From Kiritimatiellia bacterium (GTDB taxonomy: Bacteria; Verrucomicrobiota; Kiritimatiellia; SLAD01), in assembly GCA_007136425.1 (NCBI GenBank), contig SLGY01000011.1, positions 5,559 through 69,558 of the forward strand: a DNA stretch of 64,000 bases, read 5' to 3'. The translations under genes and the position numbers were made by a program. The notes beneath the pieces were generated by a model that made no database searches, was not told where the DNA came from, and saw only the letters and a list, made by a program, of their open reading frames with translations. Shown here piece by piece: positions 55,117 to 64,000 of the stretch (the stretch's first letter is position 1; each line of letters opens with the position of its first letter).

Positions 55117-56139
55117 ATGAATCGGGGTATGACCACATTGAATCGGAGCCTGTTCGGCATCGCTTTGCTGGCCTTTCTTTTCGGATGGCCGGGCAGCCGG
55201 GAATCGCGCGACTTCCCGAGAACCACGGTAGTGGGCGAACGCACCTTTGTCACGCATAATCACCTGGCGCGACACTATGATTTCCCGCGATCGCGCCCGG
55301 ACGAGGGTGTCCTAGTTTTGCAGAACGACCGGCATCGGCTCGTCCTGGCCAGTGACTCCCGACGCGCGGAACTGAACGGGGTGACGGTCTGGCTCCATGA
55401 ACCGGTTCTGGAGGAGGGACGCCGCTGGTTGATCCCGGAAAACGATGTGCGGCGCGTCATCGACCCGGTGCTGCGACCGGAACGCCACGTGCATGAACTC
55501 GGACGGCGTGTCGTTCTTCTCGATCCCGGGCACGGGGGGCGCGACGAAGGCGGGCGCGGCGCCATGGGAACCTTGGAGAAAGAGATGACCCTGATTGTAT
55601 CGCTTCGGGTAGCGGAGCGGCTGCGAGACGCCGGGCAACGGGTCTATTTGACGCGCGAAGACGATCGGGATGTCTCGTTGGCCGAACGCGTGGCGCAGGC
55701 GACGGAGCTGGAGGCCGACCTGTTTGTCAGCATCCATTTCAATACATCGGCCAATCGGGACGCGCGCGGGGCGGAAACATTTGTCCTGCCCGCCGCCGGC
55801 TATGCGTCGACGGCAAACGTGGAGCAAGCGCCGAATCCGCCGACTGCGTCCGGCAACGCATATGACGGCGCCAATATGGTTCTCGGTTACCTTATCCAGA
55901 AACATTTGCTCAACGCGACCGGAACGGAAGATCGCGGCGTGCGACGCGCCCGGTTCCATGTATTGCGCGAAGCCGTCTCGCCGGCGGTGTTGGTGGAATG
56001 CGGATTTTTGACGAACCCGCGCGAAGAACGTAAAATCCATCGAGCAGAATATCGGGAACAATTGGCTCGCGCCATCGCCGACGGAATTCTGGAATATCTC
56101 GGCACGGCGCTACGTACGCAACTGGACGATGCCTTATGA
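55117..56139 (+). CDS. N-acetylmuramoyl-L-alanine amidase (Amidase_3)
   Basis: LLDPGHGG, EKEMTL, LTR, FVSIHFN, AVLVECGFLTN. Confidence 0.93.
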   Translation: MNRGMTTLNRSLFGIALLAFLFGWPGSRESRDFPRTTVVGERTFVTHNHLARHYDFPRSRPDEGVLVLQNDRHRLVLASDSRRAELNGVTVWLHEPVLEEGRRWLIPENDVRRVIDPVLRPERHVHELGRRVVLLDPGHGGRDEGGRGAMGTLEKEMTLIVSLRVAERLRDAGQRVYLTREDDRDVSLAERVAQATELEADLFVSIHFNTSANRDARGAETFVLPAAGYASTANVEQAPNPPTASGNAYDGANMVLGYLIQKHLLNATGTEDRGVRRARFHVLREAVSPAVLVECGFLTNPREERKIHRAEYREQLARAIADGILEYLGTALRTQLDDAL

Positions 56140-57029
56140 GTGAGAACCTGGATGACGGCCGGGACGCGCCTTCCGCAGGCGATGGGCCGCGATTGAAGTA
56201 TTACATGTTCGACTGGGATGATAACATCCTGCATATGCCGACCCTGATCCATCTCGAACGCAAGACGGACGAGGGGTGGAAGTCGTACAGCGTGACGACC
56301 GCGGAATTCGCCCGAATCCGGCGCGACACGGAAAATTACCGTCCCCGTTCGGGAGACTGGGACGAGGCGTTCATCGATTTCTATGACTTCGGCGAGCGCG
56401 GGGAAGAGACGTTCCTGGACGATACGAAACGCGCCTTGCGCCCGATCGTGCAGAAGGAGGCCGTAGGCGGACCGAGTTTTCGGCGGTTCAAAACGGCGCT
56501 GCTGGAAGGGTCGCTGTTCGCCATCATTACCGCCCGCGCGCACTCGGCCCGGTCGATACGTCGTGCGGTGGAATATTTCATTGAAACCGTTCTCTCCGCC
56601 GAGGAACGGCGACATATGGTCAAGAATCTGCGTCGATTCATAAAGCGATTCGGCGAGGACGGCACACTGTTGACCGACGATGAAGTGGTTGCGCGTTATC
56701 TTGATCTGAACCGTTATCGCGGCGTCTCCTCTCCCGAATTCCAGGAGTTGATGGGCCGTGCGTCCCGTGGCGCGGAGAGTCCGGAAAGCGCAAAACAATT
56801 TGCGGTCAAGGATTTCGTGACCCATGTGATCAACATCATTCGCGAACGGGGAGTGGACGCGTCGATCAGCATGGGGTTTTCGGACGATGACCCGCATAAC
56901 GTACATGCCGTGATCGATTATCTTAATGAAGAGTTGGCGCGCGAATTTCCGGATGTCAAATTCGTGGTGTACGATACCTCGGATTCGGAAGATCAATCGA
57001 TACACAAGGTTGTGGTGCGAGGTAAATAA
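56136..57029 (+). CDS. Hypothetical HAD-superfamily-like protein
   Basis: FDWDDNI, IITARAH, AKQ and GFSDDD resemble HAD motifs I-IV; ATGA overlap with the amidase. Confidence 0.7.
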   Translation: MSENLDDGRDAPSAGDGPRLKYYMFDWDDNILHMPTLIHLERKTDEGWKSYSVTTAEFARIRRDTENYRPRSGDWDEAFIDFYDFGERGEETFLDDTKRALRPIVQKEAVGGPSFRRFKTALLEGSLFAIITARAHSARSIRRAVEYFIETVLSAEERRHMVKNLRRFIKRFGEDGTLLTDDEVVARYLDLNRYRGVSSPEFQELMGRASRGAESPESAKQFAVKDFVTHVINIIRERGVDASISMGFSDDDPHNVHAVIDYLNEELAREFPDVKFVVYDTSDSEDQSIHKVVVRGK

Positions 57030-57112
57030 CGTGAACCGATCCCGACATCGTGAAGGCGATGATCCTCCGGCGTCAACCGGGCTCGGGATGCGTGTACACA
57101 ATGGGAGAAGAT

Positions 57113-57949
57113 ATGATGAGCAATATTGAATGGCGCTTGCCTTTGTTTCCGCTGGTCGTCGTCGGGTTGTTGATTACGGCGGCTTGTGCTCCCCGCGAAC
57201 CCGAGGAAGAGGGCCCGCTGATCACGCTGTTGGGCGAGGATATATATCGCGATGCTATTCCGCCCGTTTCTGAACTTTCTGGAGACGAGGCCGATCGGAT
57301 GCAGAACCGTTTATCGCCCGAAGAATGGGAGGAGTGGCAGGAATGTGCGCGTTGGAGACCGTTGAGGGAACATATACACAGCGAGCTGATCGCATGGTTG
57401 GTCGAACAACATGGCTTGGAGCCGACACGCGAGGAAGTCGAGCAGTATATTCATTATGTGGCCGTTGAACCGATGGCGCGACGGGACCCTGATGTGGGCG
57501 AGATCGGGATTCCGGACGAGGATACGTCCGCCTGGAAATTGGCGCACAGGGAATTGTCGTCCTGGAAGATTCAGAATACGTTGTACGACCTCTACGGAGG
57601 CCGGATCGTCGTTGATCGCGGCGGTCATTGGGTGGCGGCGCACGACGGGTTCGCCCGTTTTCTGCGGGCAAGCGAAGAGGAGGAATTGCTCCAATTTCAT
57701 TCGGAAACGTTGCGCGAAACATTCTGGAACTGTTTGCATGTGGACGAAATCCAGTATCCCCGCGAATACGTGAAGCCGGATGACGAGGTCGCCCTGAAAA
57801 CGCTGCGGGAATTCCCGGGTACCCGACGTTTGCGGATCATGATGAAAAGGCTCGATCGCCTGATGGGCGAAGGATGGATGGAAACCTTCGAGGAAATGGA
57901 GCATCCGCCGGACTGGCAACCTTCGGCCCAACGGGTTCATCCCGGCTGA
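57113..57949 (+). CDS. Hypothetical lipoprotein
   Basis: Hydrophobic leader ending ITAAC; acidic helical protein. Confidence 0.65.
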   Translation: MMSNIEWRLPLFPLVVVGLLITAACAPREPEEEGPLITLLGEDIYRDAIPPVSELSGDEADRMQNRLSPEEWEEWQECARWRPLREHIHSELIAWLVEQHGLEPTREEVEQYIHYVAVEPMARRDPDVGEIGIPDEDTSAWKLAHRELSSWKIQNTLYDLYGGRIVVDRGGHWVAAHDGFARFLRASEEEELLQFHSETLRETFWNCLHVDEIQYPREYVKPDDEVALKTLREFPGTRRLRIMMKRLDRLMGEGWMETFEEMEHPPDWQPSAQRVHPG

Positions 57950-58135
57950 CGTAACCGGCCGGCTTGCAAAGCGCTGGTGAGCGGTATAGTCTCTTGGGGC
58001 TCTAGGAAATTCCCGGTCCCCGGATGGTTGCCTGAGAGGATATGGTCTGGGAACGGGTGAGCGTTATACGGGCGCAACCCTTTGAATGCATGACGCCATT
58101 GCGGGTTGCTCTGTTAGCAAATGAAGGAGGCGGAT

Positions 58136-58612
58136 ATGGCAAAGGCCATTACAGTACGTGAAATCATGGTCAAGTCGCTGGTAACATTAAGTCCGGACAT
58201 GGATATGGGCCGGGCGATTCAGTTGTTGCTGAAGCATAAGGTGTCGGGCGCGACGGTGGTCGATGAGAATCGGCGCATTGTGGGGATGTTGTCGGAGAAG
58301 GATTGTCTGCGCATTTTTGCCAACCGCGCGTACAATTCGTTGCCCGGTGCGAAGGTTAAGACCTATATGTCGAAAAATGTTGTTACGATCACTCCGGACG
58401 CGGACCTGTTTACCGTGGCGGATATTTTCCTCAAGAATCCTTTTCGCCGTCTGCCGGTCATGGAGGACGGCGTGCTGGTGGGGCAGGTGAGCCGGCGTGA
58501 TGTACTGGCCGGCAGTCGCCGCATCTGGGAAGCGTCGCCGGTGCAGAAGGAGTGGACCGACTCAAAATATATCCCCGACGAAATCCGGGCCAAGCTGGAA
58601 TCGAAGAATTGA
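58136..58612 (+). CDS. CBS-domain protein
   Basis: Tandem CBS motifs (VREIM...VGMLSEKD; YMSKNV...RRLPV...GQVSRRD); AAGGAGG RBS. Confidence 0.92.
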   Translation: MAKAITVREIMVKSLVTLSPDMDMGRAIQLLLKHKVSGATVVDENRRIVGMLSEKDCLRIFANRAYNSLPGAKVKTYMSKNVVTITPDADLFTVADIFLKNPFRRLPVMEDGVLVGQVSRRDVLAGSRRIWEASPVQKEWTDSKYIPDEIRAKLESKN

Positions 58613-58650
58613 GGTTCGAGCGCGGGGGAACTCTTCCCGGATCATTCCCA

Positions 58651-59391
58651 TTAGCGGGAAACGCGCAACTGTTTCCACATCCGCCGGTCCGCTCCGGTGG
58701 TGAACAGCGATAGCGCGGTTTCAAGCACGGACGCGGAGTTCAGCCGTTCTCCGCCGATCAACGCCTGATTATATCCGCGTGGAGCGGTGATGGCTGCCGT
58801 CTCTTTGAATTCGCGTGACCAGGCTTCGCGCGTTTCGCGCAACACGGCGCGGTGGGGTGTGTCGGTAATCATGTTGACGGCCACAATCCCGTCATCGCGA
58901 AGCAGACGGCGATACTGCATAATCATGGTCCGGTCCACGGACGCGGGGCGATACACGTCCGTTGCGCCCGACAAATAGAGGTCGTCCAGCACCACATCGA
59001 AGCGCTTGCGGGTTTTTCGTAGATAGGCATAGGCGTCGCCGATATGCAGGTCCACCGTCTCAAGATCGAGATGCATATGCCTTACGGCGATGTCCACCAG
59101 CTTGCCATCCAACTCGACCGCTGTAATTCGTGCACGGGGAACCAAGTGGCGGAGAATGCGAACCATGGTGCCGCCCGCCAGGCCGAGCAGCAGGATGCGT
59201 CCCGGTTGGCCGCTGGAATGCAACAGCGCGGCGGCGCTCAGGGCGTCCCATGAATAGCCGGTCAAGAGCTGTTCCGGATGCCACGACGCGAAAGTCGCAC
59301 CCTCGACCTCCATATCGAGACGACGCCCGTTCTGCGTAACGCGTCCGACATTGTAAGGCGTTGCGAACGTATGTATGGATCTTGACTTCAT
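58651..59391 (-). CDS. Spermidine synthase-like SAM-dependent methyltransferase
   Basis: ILLLGLAGG, AVELD, GDAYAYL, FDVVLDDLY, GIVAVN. Confidence 0.82.
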   Translation of the reverse strand: MKSRSIHTFATPYNVGRVTQNGRRLDMEVEGATFASWHPEQLLTGYSWDALSAAALLHSSGQPGRILLLGLAGGTMVRILRHLVPRARITAVELDGKLVDIAVRHMHLDLETVDLHIGDAYAYLRKTRKRFDVVLDDLYLSGATDVYRPASVDRTMIMQYRRLLRDDGIVAVNMITDTPHRAVLRETREAWSREFKETAAITAPRGYNQALIGGERLNSASVLETALSLFTTGADRRMWKQLRVSR

Positions 59392-59551
59392 CGCGCCACT
59401 CTTTCGCGGACGGCGCGGAACTGTCAAGCGCGCCATTAAATCATTGTCAGAGCAAGGGCTTTTTCGTATCAAAGTGGGGACCGCCCGTCCCGACAACATT
59501 ATGTTGATGAATGACGTACGACCAAAGAGAAAGGGAAAAGACTGAGCTATC

Positions 59552-61585
59552 ATGAAAGATATTGAAATCACCAATGTACGCAACTTTGCACTTCTCGGTC
59601 ATACCGGCAGCGGAAAGACCACGCTGCTTGACGCCATTCTTTTCAAGCTGGGCGCGAACGACCGGCAAGGCTCGCCGGAGAACGGTACCAGCGCCGCCGA
59701 TTGGATGGACGAGGAAAAGGCCCGCAAGATCACGATGTGGGCAAAGTCTTTCGATGTCGTCTACACGACTCGCGGGGGGCGCCGAATGGAGCTGGTGGCG
59801 ATGGACACGCCGGGATACGCGGATTTCTATGGGCAGGTGCTTTCGGCGACGGCCGTGGCGGACGCCGGTGTTATTGCCGTGGATGCGGTCTCCGGTGTGC
59901 AGGTCGGGACCCAACGCTCCTGGAAACGATGTGACACACAGGGCTTGCCTCGCGCCATTGTTGTTACCGGAATTGACAAGGAGAACGCCGACTTTTACGG
60001 GGTATTGAATTCCATCCAGGAGTTATGGGGCAATCAGTGTGTCCCGGTTGTTATCCCGACGCTCGACCATAAACAAGTGATCGATGTCATGGCGGCCAAG
60101 GAACTCCCGGACGACATCGCCGATCGCGCGCGGGAAATGAAAGGCGCGCTGGTCGAGTACGCCGCCGAGACGGACGATGCCTTGATCGAAAAGTATCTGG
60201 GCGGCGAGGAGTTGACGGCCCAGGAAATCGCGGCGGGTTTGCACGGCGCGGTTCATGACGGGAATCTGGTCCCGGTCTTTGCCGTATCGGCCAAGACGAA
60301 TGCCGGTGTGGAAGACCTGTTGGAAGGCATTTCTCTGCTGTTGCCCTCACCGCCGGAACGGCCCGTGAAGGATGCGAATGGTAATGAGGTGAATGTGGCG
60401 CCCGACGCCCCGTTCGCCGGATTTGTCTGGCGCTCGTTAAACGATCCGTTCACTGGGCAAAACACCTTCGTCCGCGTGTACGGGGGCACCTTGAAGGCCG
60501 GGCAGGAGATATTCAACATCACCAAGGGACAGAAGGAAAAAGTCGGGCACCTGATGATCATCAACGGGAAGAAACAGGAGGAAATCCCGGCGGCCCATGC
60601 GGGTGACGTGGTGGCGATTCCCAAACTGAAAGGAACCGGACTGAATGATTCGCTCTGCGCGGTCGGGGAGGAGATCGGCTTCAAAGAAATCGAATTCCCA
60701 TCGCCAACGACGGCTTATGCCGTCACAGCCAAGAAGCAGGGTGATGAGGATAAATTGGCCACGGCGCTGCATCGGGTGGCCGATGAGGATCCGACCATCC
60801 AGGTGGAACGCAACAATGACACGAACGAAATGATCCTCTCCGGCTTGGGCGATCAGCAGTTGGAAGCGGCGGTCCAGCGGATGAAGGAACGAAATCATGT
60901 CGAAGTGGAACTGAATACGCCGAGTGTGGCCTATCGGGAGACGGTGACAGCCATGGGCGAGGGGCACCACAAGCATAAGAAACAGTCCGGCGGTCGCGGT
61001 CAGTACGGCGAGGTCTATTTACGCGTGGAGCCCCGCGAGCCGGACGACGAAGAATGGTTTGTCAACGCCATCGTGGGCGGGGTGATCCCGGGCAACTTCA
61101 TTCCAGCGGTGCAAAAGGGCTTACAGGAAGGACTGCAACGGGGCGCCGTGGCGCGTTATCCGGTCATGAACGTCAAGATTACCGTCTACGATGGATCATA
61201 TCATGATGTCGATTCGTCCGAGGTGGCCTTCAAGATCGCGGCCGCGCGCGCGTTGACGGACGGGATGAGCAAGGCGAAAGCGGTTCTGCTCGAGCCGGTC
61301 ATGAAGATCAAGGTATCGATTCCGGATCAGTTCATGGGCGATATTACCGGGGACCTCAATCATAAGCGCGGACGAATCCTGGGTGTTGACAGTGCAGACG
61401 GCATGCAAAACATCACCGCCGAGGTGCCGCAAGCGGAAGTGTTCCGCTATTCGTCCGAATTGCGCAGCATGACGGGAGGCCGAGGCAATTTCGAGATGGA
61501 ATTTGCTCGGTACGAAGCGGTACCGGCGAATATCGCGCAGAAAGTCGCCGCCATGCGGCAAAAGGAACAGTCCGGAGAGGAATGA
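59552..61585 (+). CDS. Elongation factor G-like protein (EF-G2 paralogue)
   Basis: GHTGSGKTT, DTPGYADF, ADEDPT, KKQSGGRGQYG, DGSYHDVDSSE, LLEPVM, ELRSMTGGRG; divergent switch I and G4. Confidence 0.92.
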   Translation: MKDIEITNVRNFALLGHTGSGKTTLLDAILFKLGANDRQGSPENGTSAADWMDEEKARKITMWAKSFDVVYTTRGGRRMELVAMDTPGYADFYGQVLSATAVADAGVIAVDAVSGVQVGTQRSWKRCDTQGLPRAIVVTGIDKENADFYGVLNSIQELWGNQCVPVVIPTLDHKQVIDVMAAKELPDDIADRAREMKGALVEYAAETDDALIEKYLGGEELTAQEIAAGLHGAVHDGNLVPVFAVSAKTNAGVEDLLEGISLLLPSPPERPVKDANGNEVNVAPDAPFAGFVWRSLNDPFTGQNTFVRVYGGTLKAGQEIFNITKGQKEKVGHLMIINGKKQEEIPAAHAGDVVAIPKLKGTGLNDSLCAVGEEIGFKEIEFPSPTTAYAVTAKKQGDEDKLATALHRVADEDPTIQVERNNDTNEMILSGLGDQQLEAAVQRMKERNHVEVELNTPSVAYRETVTAMGEGHHKHKKQSGGRGQYGEVYLRVEPREPDDEEWFVNAIVGGVIPGNFIPAVQKGLQEGLQRGAVARYPVMNVKITVYDGSYHDVDSSEVAFKIAAARALTDGMSKAKAVLLEPVMKIKVSIPDQFMGDITGDLNHKRGRILGVDSADGMQNITAEVPQAEVFRYSSELRSMTGGRGNFEMEFARYEAVPANIAQKVAAMRQKEQSGEE

Positions 61586-61650
61586 TCAGGTTTCGCTTAA
61601 GTGCGGACCAGGGAATTCCAGCCGGGAGCGCGGGAGGTTGATGCGGACTT

Positions 61651-62403
61651 ATGAGTGGACACAGTAAATGGTCGACCATCAAGCATAAAAAAGCCGCCAC
61701 GGACGCTAAACGTGGCAAGATATTCAGTAAGCTCGCAAAAGAGATGATGATTGTGGCGCGACAGGGGGGTGGTGATCCGGGCACGAACATCACCTTGCGG
61801 ACCTTGATCCAGAAAGCGCGTGCGGTGAATATGCCCGCCGACAATATCGACCGGGCGATCAAGAAAGGCACCGGCGAGCTGGAAGGCGAGCAGATGGAGG
61901 AAATCACGTATGAGGGTTATGCCCAGGGAGGCATTGCCATCATTGTGCAGGCCCTGACGGACAACCGGAACCGGACGGCGTCCGAAGTCAGACATGTGTT
62001 TACCAAACACAACGGCAGTCTTGCGGGTCAGGGAAGCGTGGCGCGCACCTTCAATCGCAAGGGGGTTATTCAGGTCGGCAGTCAGGCCGTCAACGAAGAC
62101 GAACTCTTCGAATTGGCGCTTGAATGCGGGGCGGAAGACATGACCAACGAAGGAGATTACTACGAAATCGTCACCGGAACCGCGGAATATCCGGATGTAT
62201 TGAACCGGTTGGAAGAGCGCGGGGTGGCGGTGGAGCAATCGGAATTGACGTTGTTGCCTGAAACGTACATGCCTGTTACCGATGCCGGACAGGCGGCCGG
62301 GCTGCTGAGATTCGTTGAGGCGCTGGAAGATTTGGACGACGTGCAAAACGTCTATGCCAATTTCGATATCCCGGACGATGTAATGGCGTCCCTGAACGAT
62401 TAG
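61651..62403 (+). CDS. yebC: YebC/PmpR family protein
   Basis: MSGHSKWSTIKHKK, NMPADNIDRAIKK, YEGY, TDNRNRT, DDVQNVYAN. Confidence 0.96.
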   Translation: MSGHSKWSTIKHKKAATDAKRGKIFSKLAKEMMIVARQGGGDPGTNITLRTLIQKARAVNMPADNIDRAIKKGTGELEGEQMEEITYEGYAQGGIAIIVQALTDNRNRTASEVRHVFTKHNGSLAGQGSVARTFNRKGVIQVGSQAVNEDELFELALECGAEDMTNEGDYYEIVTGTAEYPDVLNRLEERGVAVEQSELTLLPETYMPVTDAGQAAGLLRFVEALEDLDDVQNVYANFDIPDDVMASLND

Positions 62404-62405
62404 TC

Positions 62406-62912
62406 GTGCCGAAACCAATCAGAGTCTTGGGCGTTGATACCTCCCTGCGATCGACGGGCGTGGGTGTGGTTGATACCGTCGGATCTCAATACAAGGCGGT
62501 TACGTGGGGTCTGATTAAGAATCCGTCTGCCCGTCCGCATACGGCGTGTCTTGCGCATCTGTTTGAGGAATTGGTCGGGGTAATTCGCCGCGACAAACCC
62601 ATGGCGGCCGCTGTGGAAGGGATATTCTTCAGCAAGAACGTGCGTACGGCCGTGACGCTGGGGCAAGCGCGGGGTGTCGTGTTGGCCGCGTGCGCCATGG
62701 AGGGCGTCCCCGTATACGAATATTCGCCGCGTTCCGTCAAACAGTCAGTAGTCGGAAACGGCAACGCGCATAAAACACAGATCTCCCGTATGGTGCGCGT
62801 CCTGCTCGGTTTAGCCGAAACGCCGGAAGAAGACGCCGCCGACGCCTTGGCCATGGCCCTCTGCCATCTTCACCACCATGGCCGCCCCGGAACACGCAAC
62901 AATCCCATCTGA
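62406..62912 (+). CDS. ruvC: Holliday junction resolvase RuvC
   Basis: VLGVDTS, AVEGIFF, LGQARGV, EYSPRSVK, DAADALAMALCH. Confidence 0.95.
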   Translation: MPKPIRVLGVDTSLRSTGVGVVDTVGSQYKAVTWGLIKNPSARPHTACLAHLFEELVGVIRRDKPMAAAVEGIFFSKNVRTAVTLGQARGVVLAACAMEGVPVYEYSPRSVKQSVVGNGNAHKTQISRMVRVLLGLAETPEEDAADALAMALCHLHHHGRPGTRNNPI

Positions 62913-63006
<94 letters not shown>

Positions 63007-63117
63007 CGCCTTCGTTACACTACGGCGTGACATGCCCCACTGCGTTCGCCGCGCTGTCTTCGTGGCGAGCCACTTCCGCCTTCGCCAAGGCTACGGCGGA
63101 CAGGCAGCCATCTCTCC
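63007..63117. repeat. REP-like doublet plus a 13-bp duplication of the tRNA-Ser 5' end
   Basis: CAGCCATCTCTCC at 62994-63006 and 63105-63117; between them CGCCTTCGTTACACTACGGCG and CCGCCTTCGCCAAGGCTACGGCGG hairpin units. Confidence 0.8.
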
Positions 63118-63343
63118 AAAAGGTGGGATCACGATAGTGCAGGGCGTCGTATGGTGCAAGCAGAATGGCATACCAGCCTTTTGAAAATCGCCTGTTCCCG
63201 GGCCGGATACGGAAACGCTTTCGCGCGGGTAACCGTGTGACGATAGGTGTTTAACGGATTATAGACGATGGGCGATCAAACGAACCCCTCCCAAACACTC
63301 CGTTATTGATCCGTTTCTGGTGTGGCTGCATAGTGATGCCGTT

Positions 63344-64000
63344 ATGAATTGGAAGGACTTCTTTGACTCCCTCGGCTTGAACGGGACCAAGTGGCAGTGG
63401 CGTATCATGCGCTGGGAACGAGCCTGGAAAGACCGGTCGGAAACGGCGCGTCAGCGCCGTAGCCAAGTGACCTATCGCCATAAATTCTGTTCCTGCGGGG
63501 CCTTGCTGGATCGAGACGAACGTGTCTGTCCCCATTGCGGGAAACGGGCCCCTTCCTGGCGGGCGCAGGTGGTGAGCCGGGCAGTCGGTTTGGTGATCCC
63601 TTCGGCATTGGCGGTGTCGAGCACGTTGTTGATCGTTAACGCGATGATTTTTGTGCTGGTCGTGGCGATCGCCGGAGCTTCGGCGCTTTTCGCGCCGCCG
63701 GGCGAGTTGCTTGTGCGTATGGGCAGTCTCGTTCCTGTGTTTGTGTATCAGGGCGAATTCAGTCGTCTGCTGACTTACGGCTATCTTCATGCGGGCATTA
63801 TTCATTTGGCTTTCAACATGTTTGTCCTTTCGCAAGTGGGGCCCATGCTCGAGCAGGAAATCGGCAAGGCGCGTTTCTTTACGCTCTATACCTTGGCGCT
63901 GCTGGGCGGTGCGGTCGCCCGGCTGATCGTCAGCGGTCCGGCGCCGATGCAGGTTGTCGGCGCTTCCGGCGCCATGTTCGGCTTGATCGGTTTCGGTATT
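63344..64000 (+). CDS. Rhomboid-family intramembrane serine protease with an N-terminal Zn ribbon (3' end runs off window)
   Basis: Not in the ORF track. Manual translation: MNWKDFF...FCSCG...CPHCG...YLHAGIIHLAFNM...VVGASGAMFGLIG. Confidence 0.9.
   Translation, partial: MNWKDFFDSLGLNGTKWQWRIMRWERAWKDRSETARQRRSQVTYRHKFCSCGALLDRDERVCPHCGKRAPSWRAQVVSRAVGLVIPSALAVSSTLLIVNAMIFVLVVAIAGASALFAPPGELLVRMGSLVPVFVYQGEFSRLLTYGYLHAGIIHLAFNMFVLSQVGPMLEQEIGKARFFTLYTLALLGGAVARLIVSGPAPMQVVGASGAMFGLIGFGI

Noticed and set aside
57980..58030. FMN riboswitch, SRP, 6S or tmRNA resemblance
   Set aside because: Only isolated words match (GAAATTCCCG, GGTATAGTC, GGGGCT), in the wrong order and without the conserved cores.
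63251..63835. 194-aa minus-strand ORF
   Set aside because: Antisense to the rhomboid protease on the plus strand.

Overview
GC-rich bacterial chromosome segment. A PVC-superphylum (Kiritimatiellota-like) anaerobe from a saline habitat is plausible, but that is inference from gene content and repeat style. Left end: pyrH-frr-bioA-leuB on the minus strand, with a four-unit palindromic repeat array just upstream of bioA. From 3.9 to 31.6 kb lies a redox island of two convergent blocks. (i) A group 3d-type [NiFe] hydrogenase in the order hoxY-H-W-E-F-U, whose HoxF is fused to a complete GltD/NfnB-like flavoprotein, followed by an AbiE toxin-antitoxin pair and hypABFCDE; hypA carries an in-frame palindromic DNA insertion. 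(ii) An rnf operon with a 1644-aa pyruvate:ferredoxin oxidoreductase inserted between rnfB and rnfC and bracketed by two divergent ferredoxin-NADP reductase paralogues. Next is an osmoadaptation block (BCCT carrier, porin, ProVWX, MscS). The rest is housekeeping: xdhC, folD, lptF/G, rph, trxA, mutY-Nudix, acyP, tRNA-Leu with a second AbiE pair and a MITE, an amidase, EF-G2, yebC, ruvC, tRNA-Ser with a duplicated 5' end, and a rhomboid protease. Many gene junctions contain heptamer tandem repeats and REP-like hairpins. No CRISPR-Cas, integrase, transposase or prophage was seen. All calls come from manual motif recognition; no database searches were run.
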